In this document: piece by piece, positions 19,191-29,287 of the stretch
Numbering within the stretch: the stretch's first letter is position 1
Layout: each line of letters opens with the position of its first letter
Assembly (NCBI GenBank): GCA_964624315.1
Contig: CAZUWJ010000001.1
Coordinates: 21,160-85,159 of the forward strand
Source: an uncultured Gammaproteobacteria bacterium
Lineage (GTDB): Bacteria; Patescibacteriota; Patescibacteriia; Magasanikbacterales; GWA2-37-8
Reading direction: 5' to 3'
Length of the DNA stretch: 64,000 bases
The notes under the pieces: generated by a model
What the model was told of the DNA's origin: nothing
Databases searched by the model: none
The model's input: the letters and a program-made list of their open reading frames with translations, nothing else
Program-made: the position numbers and the translations under genes

Positions 19191-20171
19191 TTGATACCGT
19201 ATCGATACCCTATGAACTACCTTCACATAATAATTTACGGTTTGACAGCTCTGGCCGTCTTTTTAATTTTTGTTTTTTTAAAAGATACTAAAAATCCAAA
19301 AACTTTTGCTTCAAAAAATAAAAATTTAACTTACGTTTTGATAGCTTTTTTGCTTACTATCTCTTTTGCTGGATTATATACCAGATTCATAGAACCAAAC
19401 ATTTTAATTACCAAAACTCAGTCTATAGATTTATCTAACATGGAGCAACCAATCAAAATATCTTTTATAGCTGATATACAAATCGGCAAATATAAAAAAG
19501 AAAAATGGATGAATAAAATAGTTAAAGAGGTAAAAAAAATAAAACCTGACTTAATACTATTTGGCGGGGACCTAATTTCTAATGAAGGCACGCTGGACGA
19601 TATTAAATATTTAGATACCCTATCTATTTTAACAAAAAACTACCCAACTTACTACATATTAGGAAACCATGAATACGGCTTGGGAGGGATGAACATTTCT
19701 CCAAACAAAAGCACTGGGGACAGAAGCTTAGAAACTATTCTACAAATGAATAAAATCGGAGCTAAATTACTAAGAAACAACTTCGATTGTTTAAGCTTAA
19801 ATAATCAAAAGCTTTGTTTATTTGGCATAGATGATTTATGGGGAGGGGAAATAAATTTTGAAGAATTAAAAAATTGGGATAAAAATGCAACCTTAATATA
19901 TTTAACTCACAATCCTGATGGCATATCCTACTGGCCAAACGATATTAAAAAACCAGATCTAGTTTTGTCCGGCCATACTCACGGAGGTCAAATTTATTTG
20001 CCAATTATTGGACCACTTGGCAATCCAGATGTAAAACTACCAAAAAAATATTGGAGAGGACTAAATTACTTTGACGATATTCCGCTCTATACTTCTTGTG
20101 GGGCCGGAGAATCAGGGGCAAACATACGCTTTCTTACTCCGCCAAGCATTGATGAAATAATATTAAAATAA
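19191..20171 (+). CDS. Membrane-anchored metallophosphoesterase (YkuE-like)
   Basis: GGD, GNHE, HNPD, SGHTHGGQ motifs; start probably ATG 19212. Confidence 0.9.
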   Translation: MIPYRYPMNYLHIIIYGLTALAVFLIFVFLKDTKNPKTFASKNKNLTYVLIAFLLTISFAGLYTRFIEPNILITKTQSIDLSNMEQPIKISFIADIQIGKYKKEKWMNKIVKEVKKIKPDLILFGGDLISNEGTLDDIKYLDTLSILTKNYPTYYILGNHEYGLGGMNISPNKSTGDRSLETILQMNKIGAKLLRNNFDCLSLNNQKLCLFGIDDLWGGEINFEELKNWDKNATLIYLTHNPDGISYWPNDIKKPDLVLSGHTHGGQIYLPIIGPLGNPDVKLPKKYWRGLNYFDDIPLYTSCGAGESGANIRFLTPPSIDEIILK

Positions 20172-20195
20172 AAAATGTAGTCCTAAATAATCTGC

Positions 20196-20248
20196 TGTCA
20201 TCCTGAGTGAAACGAAGGATCTAGATTCTTCGATACCTCAGAATGACA
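20196..20248. repeat. REP-like palindromic element
   Basis: TGTCATCCTGAGTGAAACGAAGGATCT-AGATTCTTCGATACCTCAGAATGACA. Confidence 0.85.
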
Positions 20249-20324
20249 ACACCATACTCAACATGACGGCTATAAAAAAATCAACGAATTAATTCGTTGA
20301 TTTTTTTATTATTTTATTTTAATA

Positions 20325-21620
20325 TTAAGGTCTCAACCTAGTAATAGTTCTTGGGAATGGAATACACTCACGAATATGTTCTACCCCGGCTATCCAACGC
20401 ACCGTTCTTTCTAGTCCAATACCAAATCCGCTATGAGGAACACTACCATATTTTCTTATATCCAAATACCATTTAAAATCTTCTAAATTTAGATTATCTT
20501 TTTTAATTTTTTCTAACAAAAGATCATAATCATCTTCACGCTCGGAACCACCTATCAATTCACCTGACCCCTCTATCCCTATCAAATCACTATTCAAAAC
20601 AATATCTGGGTTCTCCGGGTCTTCTTTCATGTAAAATGGCTTAATACTCTTGGGCCATTTTTCAATAAAGACAGGTACATCACTATCCTTTGTTAATAAT
20701 CCCTCATCATCATTTCCCAAATCTTCTCCATATTTTATATCACTCCCAAGTTCATTTAATTTTTTAATCGCTTGAGTATAGGTTAACCTGGTAAAATCTT
20801 TTTCTACAACTATTTGCAAAGGTTTAATATCTCTTTCTAAAACTTCTAATTCTTTCTGGCAATGTTCTAAACAATATTTAGCAATATACTGCACTAAGCC
20901 TTGTTGAATATCCAAATTTTCATCGTGCCCAATAAAAGCAGCTTCAGCGTCCATCATCCAAAATTCAGTCAAATGTCTTTTGGTTTTACTTTTTTCAGCA
21001 CGAAAAACTGGACCAAAATCGTAACAGCGCCCAACTGATTGTACGGCAGCCTCTAAATACAACTGACCTGACTGAGACAAATAAGCTTGTCCTAAATCAA
21101 AATAATCAACTGAAAAAAGAGTAGTTGTGCCCTCACAAGCATTGGGAGTAAAAATTGGAGAATCAACTTTTATAAAATCTTCCTTATGCAAATATTCATT
21201 AATAGCCATAATAACGGCATCTCTAACGCGTAATATCGCCCACTGTTTGGAGCTACGAAGCCATAGATGACGATTGTCCATTAAGAAATCAGGCCCATGT
21301 TCTTTGTTGGCTATTGGATAGTCTACGGAATCACTAATTACTTTAAAATTTTGCATTTGTAATTCATAAACTCCTGGTTTTTTGGGATGTTCCACTACTT
21401 TACCAACCGCTTCTACCGAGCACTCCTGTGAGCTTTGTTCTATTTGAGCCCAGCCGTCTTCACCCACATCGTTTAAACTAGCAACTCCCTGAACAAAACC
21501 AGTCCCATCACGCAACTCTAAAAAAGCTATCTTACCAGACGATCGTTTATTATAGAGCCAGCCTTTTATTTCGACTATTTCCCCCACATACTCGCTTAAT
21601 TTTTCTATATATACATGCAT
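20325..21620 (-). CDS. asnS: Asparagine--tRNA ligase
   Basis: OB fold, YLSQSGQLY, FRAEKS, GELIGGSERE, PHSGFGIGLER. Confidence 0.95.
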   Translation of the reverse strand: MHVYIEKLSEYVGEIVEIKGWLYNKRSSGKIAFLELRDGTGFVQGVASLNDVGEDGWAQIEQSSQECSVEAVGKVVEHPKKPGVYELQMQNFKVISDSVDYPIANKEHGPDFLMDNRHLWLRSSKQWAILRVRDAVIMAINEYLHKEDFIKVDSPIFTPNACEGTTTLFSVDYFDLGQAYLSQSGQLYLEAAVQSVGRCYDFGPVFRAEKSKTKRHLTEFWMMDAEAAFIGHDENLDIQQGLVQYIAKYCLEHCQKELEVLERDIKPLQIVVEKDFTRLTYTQAIKKLNELGSDIKYGEDLGNDDEGLLTKDSDVPVFIEKWPKSIKPFYMKEDPENPDIVLNSDLIGIEGSGELIGGSEREDDYDLLLEKIKKDNLNLEDFKWYLDIRKYGSVPHSGFGIGLERTVRWIAGVEHIRECIPFPRTITRLRP

Positions 21621-21656
21621 ATTTTATAATTTACTATTTTATTAATCTTAACAAAA

Positions 21657-22220
21657 TTAACTAAAACTTTCAAGGCTTGCCCAATCCCCCATATCGTATT
21701 CTAATACACCTCTTACTTTTTCATAAATAAGTTTATGCTGTAAAACTCTGTTGTGATCAGACCATTTTTTGATATCCGTACTAAAATCATACAACCCTAA
21801 CACTTTGAGAAACTTTATAAAAAATAAATCAATAATCTTTGTTTTATCTTTCAAATTATTTTGTTCTAAATATGTTAAAAAATCATAGAGTAATTTAAAT
21901 AACTCTTCATCTCTATGCTGTTCTTTGACGGTTTTACCAAATACTTTAATAACAAACTTTACCACCAATATTTTATCAAAATTTGTCCGAATATTTTTAT
22001 AATATTCTAAACCCAGAACTTTAGTTACACGATTAAATTCTTTTCCTTTTTCTATATCAATCTCTACAAAAGAACACGGCTCCAGATAGGCCGCATTTTT
22101 TGAAACTATTTTTTTAGCACCCGTAGCTATTGCCTCTATTTTTCCTTGCTCTAAAGTATAAAGACTGATAGATTTATCATTTTCTCTAAAATCACGACAG
22201 GACAAAATTATACCTAACAT
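21657..22220 (-). CDS. recO: DNA repair protein RecO
   Basis: GIIL...RENDK.I.LYT...GKI.AIA.GAKK N-terminal OB pattern. Confidence 0.85.
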   Translation of the reverse strand: MLGIILSCRDFRENDKSISLYTLEQGKIEAIATGAKKIVSKNAAYLEPCSFVEIDIEKGKEFNRVTKVLGLEYYKNIRTNFDKILVVKFVIKVFGKTVKEQHRDEELFKLLYDFLTYLEQNNLKDKTKIIDLFFIKFLKVLGLYDFSTDIKKWSDHNRVLQHKLIYEKVRGVLEYDMGDWASLESFS

Positions 22221-22227
22221 ATTTAAA

Positions 22228-22599
22228 TTATTTCCTATTTTTACTTACTAAAAAAGATTCCAAAATAACCATTGCTGATTTTTCATCTCTTGTTGCTATC
22301 CCACCCATTACATCTGCCTGCTGAGAAGAAAATCTCTCATCATAAAACTCTAAGGGCGCTTGAATTTCTTTTTTTAATTTTTCAGCAAACTTTCTTACTC
22401 TTTTTGCATTGGCCTGCTCTGTACCATCTAATCCTAAAGGCAAACCCAAAACAACCTTCTCAACCTTTTCTTCTTTTATTACTTTTACTATATCATCTAA
22501 GCTATGAACTACTCCAAAAGGCAAAACCACCCCAATATCTGTATCAGACCAGGCTAAACCAAAATTTTTTGTACCAAAATCAATTCCTAGAATATTCAT
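22228..22599 (-). CDS. ruvX: YqgF/RuvX family nuclease
   Basis: ILGIDFGTK.FGLA, VLGLP, DERFSS. Confidence 0.92.
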   Translation of the reverse strand: MNILGIDFGTKNFGLAWSDTDIGVVLPFGVVHSLDDIVKVIKEEKVEKVVLGLPLGLDGTEQANAKRVRKFAEKLKKEIQAPLEFYDERFSSQQADVMGGIATRDEKSAMVILESFLVSKNRK

Positions 22600-22625
22600 A
22601 AACGCTAAATCTAAAATAATACACC

Positions 22626-22762
22626 GTCATCCTGATCCGCCAAATGGCGGAGAAGGATCTTTACTACAGATTACATACAAAAAAGTAATGATAGCAACTA
22701 AAGATTCCTCCACTTCGCTCTACCCCGCCTCCTCGGCGGGTTGAGCTACGGTCGGAATGACA
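22626..22762. repeat. REP-like palindromic element
   Basis: GTCATCCTGA..GAAGGATCT ... AGATTCCTCC..GGAATGACA. Confidence 0.8.
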
Positions 22763-22767
22763 ACGGT

Positions 22768-23601
22768 TTAAAATCTTTCCTTATTCTCATCCGGTCTCCT
22801 GGTAACTACTTCACAACCACTATCAGTAATAATTATTGTATGCTCAAAATGGCCAGACAAAGAATTGTCAGCTGTCTCAATAGTCCACCCATCACTAGCA
22901 GTTTTTATTTTATAAGTTCCAAGTGTTATCATCGGTTCAATCGCAATTACTACACCCGGTTCCAATATCCATTTTTCTAATTCTTTTTCATAATAATTTG
23001 TTACGCGAGGTTGCTCATGAACTTCATGGCCAACGCCGTGACCAACTAAATCACGCACAATCCCATAATTTCCTTGAGATTTTACATACTTTTCAATAGA
23101 GGCCCCGATATCAGCGACAGTGTTGCCCGGTTTGCAAACTTTTATACCAGCTTTTAGAGCCCCCCTGGTTGTCTTTAGTAATTTTTTTGTTTTTGAATCA
23201 ATGCTCCCAATAGGAAAAGTAATCGCTGTATCTGTAAACCAGCCTCGAACTCTTTCTTTTTTATTTTTACTACCAGAATATACTGGCCATTCCATCCCAA
23301 TATCAATGCTAAAAATATCACTTTCTTTTAAAACGACATCTTTACGAGCGATACCATGAACTATGCCTTCGTTTATAGAAGCACAGATAGCTGTTGGAAA
23401 AGGTATATCACCCGCTCCAGACACGTAGCCTTTGAAAGATGGTTTACCTCCGACTGCTTTTATTTTTTCTTCAGCTAGCTCACTTATCTCCCAGGTAGAA
23501 ACTCCGGCTTTTGAAGCTTTTACTAACTCAGATAAAATACGACCCAAAATTTTTCCACCAGCCTTAATTTGTTTTAATTCTTCTTTTTCTTTTATATACA
23601 T
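22768..23601 (-). CDS. map: Methionine aminopeptidase type I
   Basis: SINEGIVHG, TDTA, GHGVG..HE, AIEPM, HFEHT. Confidence 0.96.
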   Translation of the reverse strand: MYIKEKEELKQIKAGGKILGRILSELVKASKAGVSTWEISELAEEKIKAVGGKPSFKGYVSGAGDIPFPTAICASINEGIVHGIARKDVVLKESDIFSIDIGMEWPVYSGSKNKKERVRGWFTDTAITFPIGSIDSKTKKLLKTTRGALKAGIKVCKPGNTVADIGASIEKYVKSQGNYGIVRDLVGHGVGHEVHEQPRVTNYYEKELEKWILEPGVVIAIEPMITLGTYKIKTASDGWTIETADNSLSGHFEHTIIITDSGCEVVTRRPDENKERF

Positions 23602-23602
23602 A

Positions 23603-24265
23603 TTAATTTTTTAAAATTTGGTCAATATCAGACTCTACTTCTTCAATAGTTTTTTGACCATCAACTTTTTTTAATACACCCAAATTATCATAAAAATCTA
23701 AAATAGGTTTCAAAGGGACATTGCCTTGTTTATCTATCCTCTCCTTAATGACTTCTTCACTGTCATCTGCTCTCACTTCTAAGTCTCCACCACATTTTAG
23801 ACATTTATCTATGTTGTAATATTTCGGAAGCCAAGGAATTATTTCTCCACAACTTTTACAAACTCTTCTTTTGGTTAATCTATTAAAACTTTCTTCATCA
23901 GACAAAGACACTTCAATCGCTTTTACCTCGTCAGCTAAGTTTTTGCTAACAAAAAAATCTTGATATTTTTCAGCTTGAGCAACATTTCGTATAGCTCCGT
24001 CTAATAGAACTCCTTGACCAGCATCCAAATATTTTTCAATTTCTGCAAAAGCCAGCTTGTATATCAAATCATCAGACACGAGTTTGCCGGTTTTCATCTC
24101 TTCTAGCTTCTTTTTATCTTCTGAGTCAGCGTTCGGATCACTCGCTAATGCACGCAAAAGATCACCAGTTGAAATATGGCCATATTTATGTTTTTCAACT
24201 AATTTTTTAGCCTGAGTGCCCTTTCCGCTTCCTGGCGGGCCAATTAAAATGATTATTTTTTGCAT
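23603..24265 (-). CDS. adk: Adenylate kinase
   Basis: GPPGSGKGTQA, HISTGDLLR, zinc lid CxxC. Confidence 0.96.
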   Translation of the reverse strand: MQKIIILIGPPGSGKGTQAKKLVEKHKYGHISTGDLLRALASDPNADSEDKKKLEEMKTGKLVSDDLIYKLAFAEIEKYLDAGQGVLLDGAIRNVAQAEKYQDFFVSKNLADEVKAIEVSLSDEESFNRLTKRRVCKSCGEIIPWLPKYYNIDKCLKCGGDLEVRADDSEEVIKERIDKQGNVPLKPILDFYDNLGVLKKVDGQKTIEEVESDIDQILKN

Positions 24266-24322
24266 AAATTTGATTTTTTCCGCTTAAATTAGGCAAAATT
24301 AGTATAACATAAAGCTAGGGGC

Positions 24323-24552
24323 TTGACAAGAAGGTTAAAATGTGGTATAATAATCTGTTAAATAAATACTGTTAGAGAGAGCGGTATTTTACACAAAACT
24401 CTTGTTTTATGTAAAATTCCCCTCTTTATCCAAGAGGGGTTTGTTCTTTAAAATTAAGGGTTATTTAAAAAGATTTGTTGTTTTCTTCCTAGCTATTGTT
24501 CTAAGCATTTATTTACTAAATACTTATTGGTAAATGGATGTTTAGAACAATA
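24323..24552 (+). promoter_or_regulatory. Promoter, 30-bp boxA-containing box and ~26-bp hairpin leader of lipoprotein 1
   Basis: TTGACA 24323, TATAAT 24346, box 24442-24471, hairpin 24494-24552. Confidence 0.75.
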
Positions 24553-24616
24553 ACACTGACAGTGCTTAGTGCCTAGCTTAGGGCCTTATAAAGTAAGTAG
24601 GAACAATGAGAAGACC

Positions 24617-25186
24617 ATGAAAAATTTTAAAACCATAGCAGGAGACCTGGCCTTCCTAATGGCCATCGCGATTTTCACCGCCACCTTCATGGGGTGTGGC
24701 GATGGTATTAGCGAAATCATGACCCAAGAAGACCTAATGGAAGGTATTGTGCCTTCTTTTGGCGATGGTGTCATGACCTCCCTCCCAGAGGGTTATTATG
24801 GACAGGTGTTCGCCTGTTACGACACCCCACACACTGATCGGATTCAAGATCCCTCCAATGTCCTTTTCGAGAATAAAAACTTGAAAGGATACTACGACAA
24901 GTGGTCTGGAAAGGTTTACCTCCAGAAAAAAGACGGGGAACAAAACAAAATCGTAATACAGTGTAGAGGGGAAGAAGTGCAAGAAGTGCACTATGTTGCC
25001 GAAGCATGGGAGGGACGATCCTCCGGAAGTATGAAATGCTACTACATCGTCGACGGCTGTCGTAACACGGAAAACATCTGTTTCCGCTACGAACAAGACG
25101 GAAGCAGCTCCACCACTTTCTCTCCAACAACAGCCCGAAGGGCTGAGTTGGATAGCCTTTGTATGGGCTTCCAAAATTTCAAATAA
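24617..25186 (+). CDS. Hypothetical lipoprotein 1 (ORFan-like)
   Basis: Basic N-terminus, hydrophobic stretch, lipobox-like FMGC; GC higher than flanks; ATG 24617 preferred over GTG 24569. Confidence 0.75.
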   Translation: MKNFKTIAGDLAFLMAIAIFTATFMGCGDGISEIMTQEDLMEGIVPSFGDGVMTSLPEGYYGQVFACYDTPHTDRIQDPSNVLFENKNLKGYYDKWSGKVYLQKKDGEQNKIVIQCRGEEVQEVHYVAEAWEGRSSGSMKCYYIVDGCRNTENICFRYEQDGSSSTTFSPTTARRAELDSLCMGFQNFK

Positions 25187-25203
25187 CCCTTTTTTCTCTT
25201 ACT

Positions 25204-25241
25204 ACCCCTCGGCACAATTCGTGCTTGGGGGTGTTTTTTTT
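25204..25241 (+). terminator. Intrinsic terminator, homologous to 25909-25942
   Basis: CCCCTCGGCAC..GTGCTTGGGGG followed by a T-tract. Confidence 0.8.
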
Positions 25242-25259
25242 ATTATCCTTCTATCCCCC

Positions 25260-25393
25260 TTGACAAAACCCTGAAAATATGATATAATAGCTTGTTGTAA
25301 AAACTGTTCTTTAAAATTAAGGGTTATTTAAAAAATACAATCATTCCAAGAAGATTAAAGCTAATACATTGGCTTTGGTTTTCTTGGAATGAT
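25260..25393 (+). promoter_or_regulatory. Promoter, identical 30-bp box and 26-bp G-U hairpin leader of lipoprotein 2
   Basis: TTGACA 25260, TGATATAAT 25280, box 25305-25334, hairpin 25340-25393. Confidence 0.75.
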
Positions 25394-25453
25394 ACGAAAA
25401 TTGGAACGAACCTATTGACGCTCACCGTGGAACGGTGGGCAGGAGAATGAACA

Positions 25454-25891
25454 ATGCAACTCATGGCCAAAGCTACGATGTTTGCCATTCTTATTTCTAT
25501 TTTCGCAATCGCCTTTGGGGGTTGCGGACATGAAGAAACATGGGATCAAGATGCGACCCTGCCCATCCAATCCCTCTTAGAAGAAGAAGGGGGCTGGATA
25601 GGTATGGGTAGTAATGAGCTTGACCAAACGATTTATTATAAAGATGCATACTACCACTTTGAGAAGGGAGACCAGCATCTCAAGGTGAAGTGTTATCCTC
25701 TAAAATATAAGGGTAAGCTCAACCACCTCTTTAATTACCTCGTATACACGCCCAGAGGGGAAGACGAACGCGAGGAGTTTATTTTTTGTGAGGGCCTACT
25801 GCCATGTAGGTGGCAGCAACATGACTTTAACGTCCGGTTTTATCTAAAACCAGGCACAAGGGCCATCCTGGAAAATATCTGTTCAATGTAA
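25454..25891 (+). CDS. Hypothetical lipoprotein 2 (ORFan-like)
   Basis: Signal peptide ending FGGC, AGGAG RBS. Confidence 0.75.
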   Translation: MQLMAKATMFAILISIFAIAFGGCGHEETWDQDATLPIQSLLEEEGGWIGMGSNELDQTIYYKDAYYHFEKGDQHLKVKCYPLKYKGKLNHLFNYLVYTPRGEDEREEFIFCEGLLPCRWQQHDFNVRFYLKPGTRAILENICSM

Positions 25892-25908
25892 TAACCCTTT
25901 TTCTTACC

Positions 25909-25942
25909 GCCCCCGGCACAGTTGTGCTGGGGGTATTTTTTT
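25909..25942 (+). terminator. Intrinsic terminator
   Basis: CCCCGGCACA..TGTGCTGGGG followed by a T-tract. Confidence 0.8.
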
Positions 25943-25965
25943 ATTAACTGCTAATTAAAACAAAC

Positions 25966-26207
25966 TGTCATCCTGAGGAACCGAAGGATCTAATACCACA
26001 GCTCTAGATCCTTCGATTCCTCAGGATGACAATGCCCTACCTAGAAAGATATTGTACCACAGCTCTAGATCCTTCGATTCCTCAGAATGACAATGCCCTA
26101 CCTAGAAAGATATTGTACCACAACTTTAGATTCTTCTCCGCCACCCGGCGGATCAGAATGACAACACTCCCTTTGTAGGTAGGCAAACCCGCTTTCGCGG
26201 GGATAAC
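25966..26207. repeat. REP-like cluster with 61-bp tandem duplication
   Basis: Units start at 25994, 26055 and 26116; each carries the AGATCCTTCG..ATGACA half-element. Confidence 0.85.
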
Positions 26208-26372
26208 ACTATATTTTTTGTTTAATATAAAATAAAGAAACTATAGTTTTAACTACAGTTTAAACTATAGTTTCTTTTACTCTTAAAATTTAAAAACCTC
26301 TCCGTAAAGAAAGGTTTTTTATTTGATTATTAGATCCTTCGGTTCCTCAGGAGGACAATGCTACAAGAAAAT

Positions 26373-27671
26373 TTATATCCTATCGTATTCATGCATTGTT
26401 ACCTGTGCTTCAATCTGTTTCGCTATATCAATTGCAACAGCTACTACGATCAATATACTAGTACCACCGATAGATAAGCTCTGTACCCCAAGTATACCAC
26501 GCAACACAAGCGGTAAAATAGCAATACCAGCCAAGAATGATGCTCCGGTTAAGTTAATCCTAGTCATTGTTCTGTTAAGATAACTTTCTGTTTCTTTACC
26601 AGGACGAATACCAGGAATAAAACCACCTTGACGTTGTAAATTCTCAGCGATTTTCTGAGGATGAAATATAACAGCAGTATAAAAATATGTAAAACCAAAT
26701 ACCAAGACAAAATATAATACTGCGTAAAAAACTTGATTTTGAAATACTTTAACAACACCCATAGCCAGACTCGCCATCCAAGCACTCTGCGCATTTATAA
26801 AAAACTGAGCAATCATCGGTGGAAATAAAATCAAAGAAATAGCAAAGATAATTGGAATAACACCAGCAAGATTCACACGCAACGGTAAATGGGTATTTGA
26901 TCCACCATACATTTTATTACCTCTAATTTGTTTCGCATAACTAACTGGAATATTTCTCTGACCTTCGTTTATAAACACAACTCCAACGATAGTAAAAACA
27001 GTAATTCCTCCAAATAAGATTAGTGTATATAAATCAGATGGATTATAGTTAACTATTAAATTTCTAACAACAGTTGGCAAACCTGTAACGATACCAGCAA
27101 AGATCAAAAGCGAAATACCATTACCCACTTTCTTTTCAGTTATCATCTCACCGATCCACATCAAAAATATAGTACCAGCTGTAATTGTTAAAATCATAAT
27201 TAAAAATCTGAAAGCATCAACTCCCACCAAAAGAGGAACTTGAGATTGAGAATTCAAAAGCTTTATCATGCTATATGATTGTAAAAAAGCCAATGGTACA
27301 GTTAAAAAACGAGTATACATGTTTATTTTTTGCTGACCAGATTCACCTTCTTTTTGAATTTCTTCTAACTTTGGCACAATCATGGTTAACAACTGAAATA
27401 TAATAGATGCAGTAATATAAGGGGCAATACCAAGCATAACTACTGAAAAGTTCTGCATAGTTCCACCTGAAAAAACATTTAACATCCCAAGCATTTGATT
27501 GCCAGCTAACATTTTTTGTAAAGCTCCAGCATCTACACCTGGCACAGGAATGTGAGCTACTAATCTAAAAATAACCAACATCAAAACAACAAATAAGATA
27601 TTTTTTCTTAAATCTTTTATTTTCCAAATTTGTCTAACTTTATCTGACCACATATTTTTTAAATTAATCAA
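26373..27671 (-). CDS. secY: Preprotein translocase SecY
   Basis: IPVPG, LGIAPYITASII, GNGISLLIFAGI, FIPGIRPG, GGTSILIVV. Confidence 0.97.
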   Translation of the reverse strand: MINLKNMWSDKVRQIWKIKDLRKNILFVVLMLVIFRLVAHIPVPGVDAGALQKMLAGNQMLGMLNVFSGGTMQNFSVVMLGIAPYITASIIFQLLTMIVPKLEEIQKEGESGQQKINMYTRFLTVPLAFLQSYSMIKLLNSQSQVPLLVGVDAFRFLIMILTITAGTIFLMWIGEMITEKKVGNGISLLIFAGIVTGLPTVVRNLIVNYNPSDLYTLILFGGITVFTIVGVVFINEGQRNIPVSYAKQIRGNKMYGGSNTHLPLRVNLAGVIPIIFAISLILFPPMIAQFFINAQSAWMASLAMGVVKVFQNQVFYAVLYFVLVFGFTYFYTAVIFHPQKIAENLQRQGGFIPGIRPGKETESYLNRTMTRINLTGASFLAGIAILPLVLRGILGVQSLSIGGTSILIVVAVAIDIAKQIEAQVTMHEYDRI

Positions 27672-27705
27672 TAACCCTAAAATATAATGCTCTGAGAGTT
27701 ATAAT

Positions 27706-28146
27706 TTATTTGATCTCCCCACCGACTGCTTTTATCTTTTCTCCTACAGACTTGGTGGATCCTACCCCATCTAAAATTATTTTTTTGGTTAATTCTCCTC
27801 TCAAAACTACTTTAGCGGATTTTACAGTTTTATTTATCAATCTTTTTTCTTTTAAAGTAACCATACTAACCACTTCCCCATCTGCAAATTTCTTTTCAAT
27901 ATTGCCCAAAATTATGGTAGCTGGTTTAGTAGCTAGACTTTTAAAACCTCTGAGCTTTGGAGTTGATTGGATAATATTTTTTGCACCTTTTATTTTCAAA
28001 CCACTCTTACCACCAGAACGAGAACGCTGTCCTTTCATACCACGGGCAGAATAATTACCTTTACCAGATGCATTACCACGCCCAACTCTCTTGCTTTTTC
28101 TTTTTGAGCCTTTGGCTGGCTTAATTGTATTTGGTTGCATTATCAT
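27706..28146 (-). CDS. rplO: 50S ribosomal protein L15
   Basis: RVGRGNASGKG..RG.KGQRSRSG. Confidence 0.95.
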   Translation of the reverse strand: MIMQPNTIKPAKGSKRKSKRVGRGNASGKGNYSARGMKGQRSRSGGKSGLKIKGAKNIIQSTPKLRGFKSLATKPATIILGNIEKKFADGEVVSMVTLKEKRLINKTVKSAKVVLRGELTKKIILDGVGSTKSVGEKIKAVGGEIK

Positions 28147-28151
28147 ATTTT

Positions 28152-28880
28152 TTATTTTTTATCCACCACAGCTTTAGTGACGGCGGGATCTTCTTTTTTG
28201 TCCACTACAGCTTTCTCGACCGCTACAACTTTTTTAACCGCAGTAACTTTAGCGGGGGAGGTAGCAGGGACAGTAGCAGGCTCTCTTTTAACAAATTTTT
28301 TGAAAGGGGCTTTTCTATCACTAGGCTTATAACTTTTCTTAAAAGCCGGTCTTGCATTTTCTTCTTTTTTTAATGGAGGTCTTTTTGTTTTCTTTACTAA
28401 TTCTTCATAATTTTTAAAAGATTGCAAAGCTTTCAAAGTAGCTCTAGCAATGGAAATTTTATTTTTTGTTTTACCTAAAATTTTTGCAGAAACATTAGGT
28501 ACACCAGCTAATTCTAAAATAACACGAACAGAACCACCGGCAATAACTCCAGAACCAGTCGGGGCTGGTTTTAATAAAATTTTTGCAGCTTTAAATTTAG
28601 TTTCAACAACATGAGGAATAGTATCCTTCATTACTGGAACATGAATTATATTTTTCTTAGCTTGTTTAACAGCTTTATCAACGGCTATTTGAACATCTTT
28701 ACCTTTTGATAAACCCATGCCGACACGACCATTTTTATCACCCAAAACAACACAAGCTCTAAAACTCAACTGTTTACCACCTTTGGTAACACGAGTTACA
28801 CGAGCTAAATCTAAAATCTGGCGATTAAATTCTTCGCGTTCTTTATTACGGTTATTACTTCTGCGTGGATTTTTTTTCAT
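28152..28880 (-). CDS. rpsE: 30S ribosomal protein S5 with C-terminal extension
   Basis: RVTRVTKGG, PAPTGSGVIAGG. Confidence 0.96.
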   Translation of the reverse strand: MKKNPRRSNNRNKEREEFNRQILDLARVTRVTKGGKQLSFRACVVLGDKNGRVGMGLSKGKDVQIAVDKAVKQAKKNIIHVPVMKDTIPHVVETKFKAAKILLKPAPTGSGVIAGGSVRVILELAGVPNVSAKILGKTKNKISIARATLKALQSFKNYEELVKKTKRPPLKKEENARPAFKKSYKPSDRKAPFKKFVKREPATVPATSPAKVTAVKKVVAVEKAVVDKKEDPAVTKAVVDKK

Positions 28881-28904
28881 AAAAACAATTGTTTAACAAA
28901 AATT

Positions 28905-29276
28905 TTAAATTTTTAAACCATTTTCTTTGGCACCATCAGCCACTGCTTTCACTCTACCGTGGAATTGATAACCACCTCTATCAAAAACAGCTTGTTCTAT
29001 CTTTTTTTCTTTAGCTTTTTCAGCTAATAATTTTCCAACTAAATAAGCTTTAGCTACTTTACCATTTAGGCTATCAGTTTTATCTTCTTTTATTTCTTTG
29101 GTATTAACAGCACATAATGTTTTACCACTAATATCATCTATTAACTGTACATTAAGACTACACAAACCTCTAAAAACAGACAAACGAGGGACGGTAGCTG
29201 TGCCTTTTAATCTCTTTCTAATCCTAGTATGTCTTAACTGTCTATTTTTATTTTTTGAATCTATTTTTCTTTTCAT
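28905..29276 (-). CDS. rplR: 50S ribosomal protein L18
   Basis: PRLSVFR, FDRGGYQFHGRV. Confidence 0.96.
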   Translation of the reverse strand: MKRKIDSKNKNRQLRHTRIRKRLKGTATVPRLSVFRGLCSLNVQLIDDISGKTLCAVNTKEIKEDKTDSLNGKVAKAYLVGKLLAEKAKEKKIEQAVFDRGGYQFHGRVKAVADGAKENGLKI

Positions 29277-29287
29277 ATTTTTAAATT

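Noticed and set aside
25994-26163. Possible CRISPR array
   Set aside because: Intervening sequences are near-identical, not unique spacers; no cas genes
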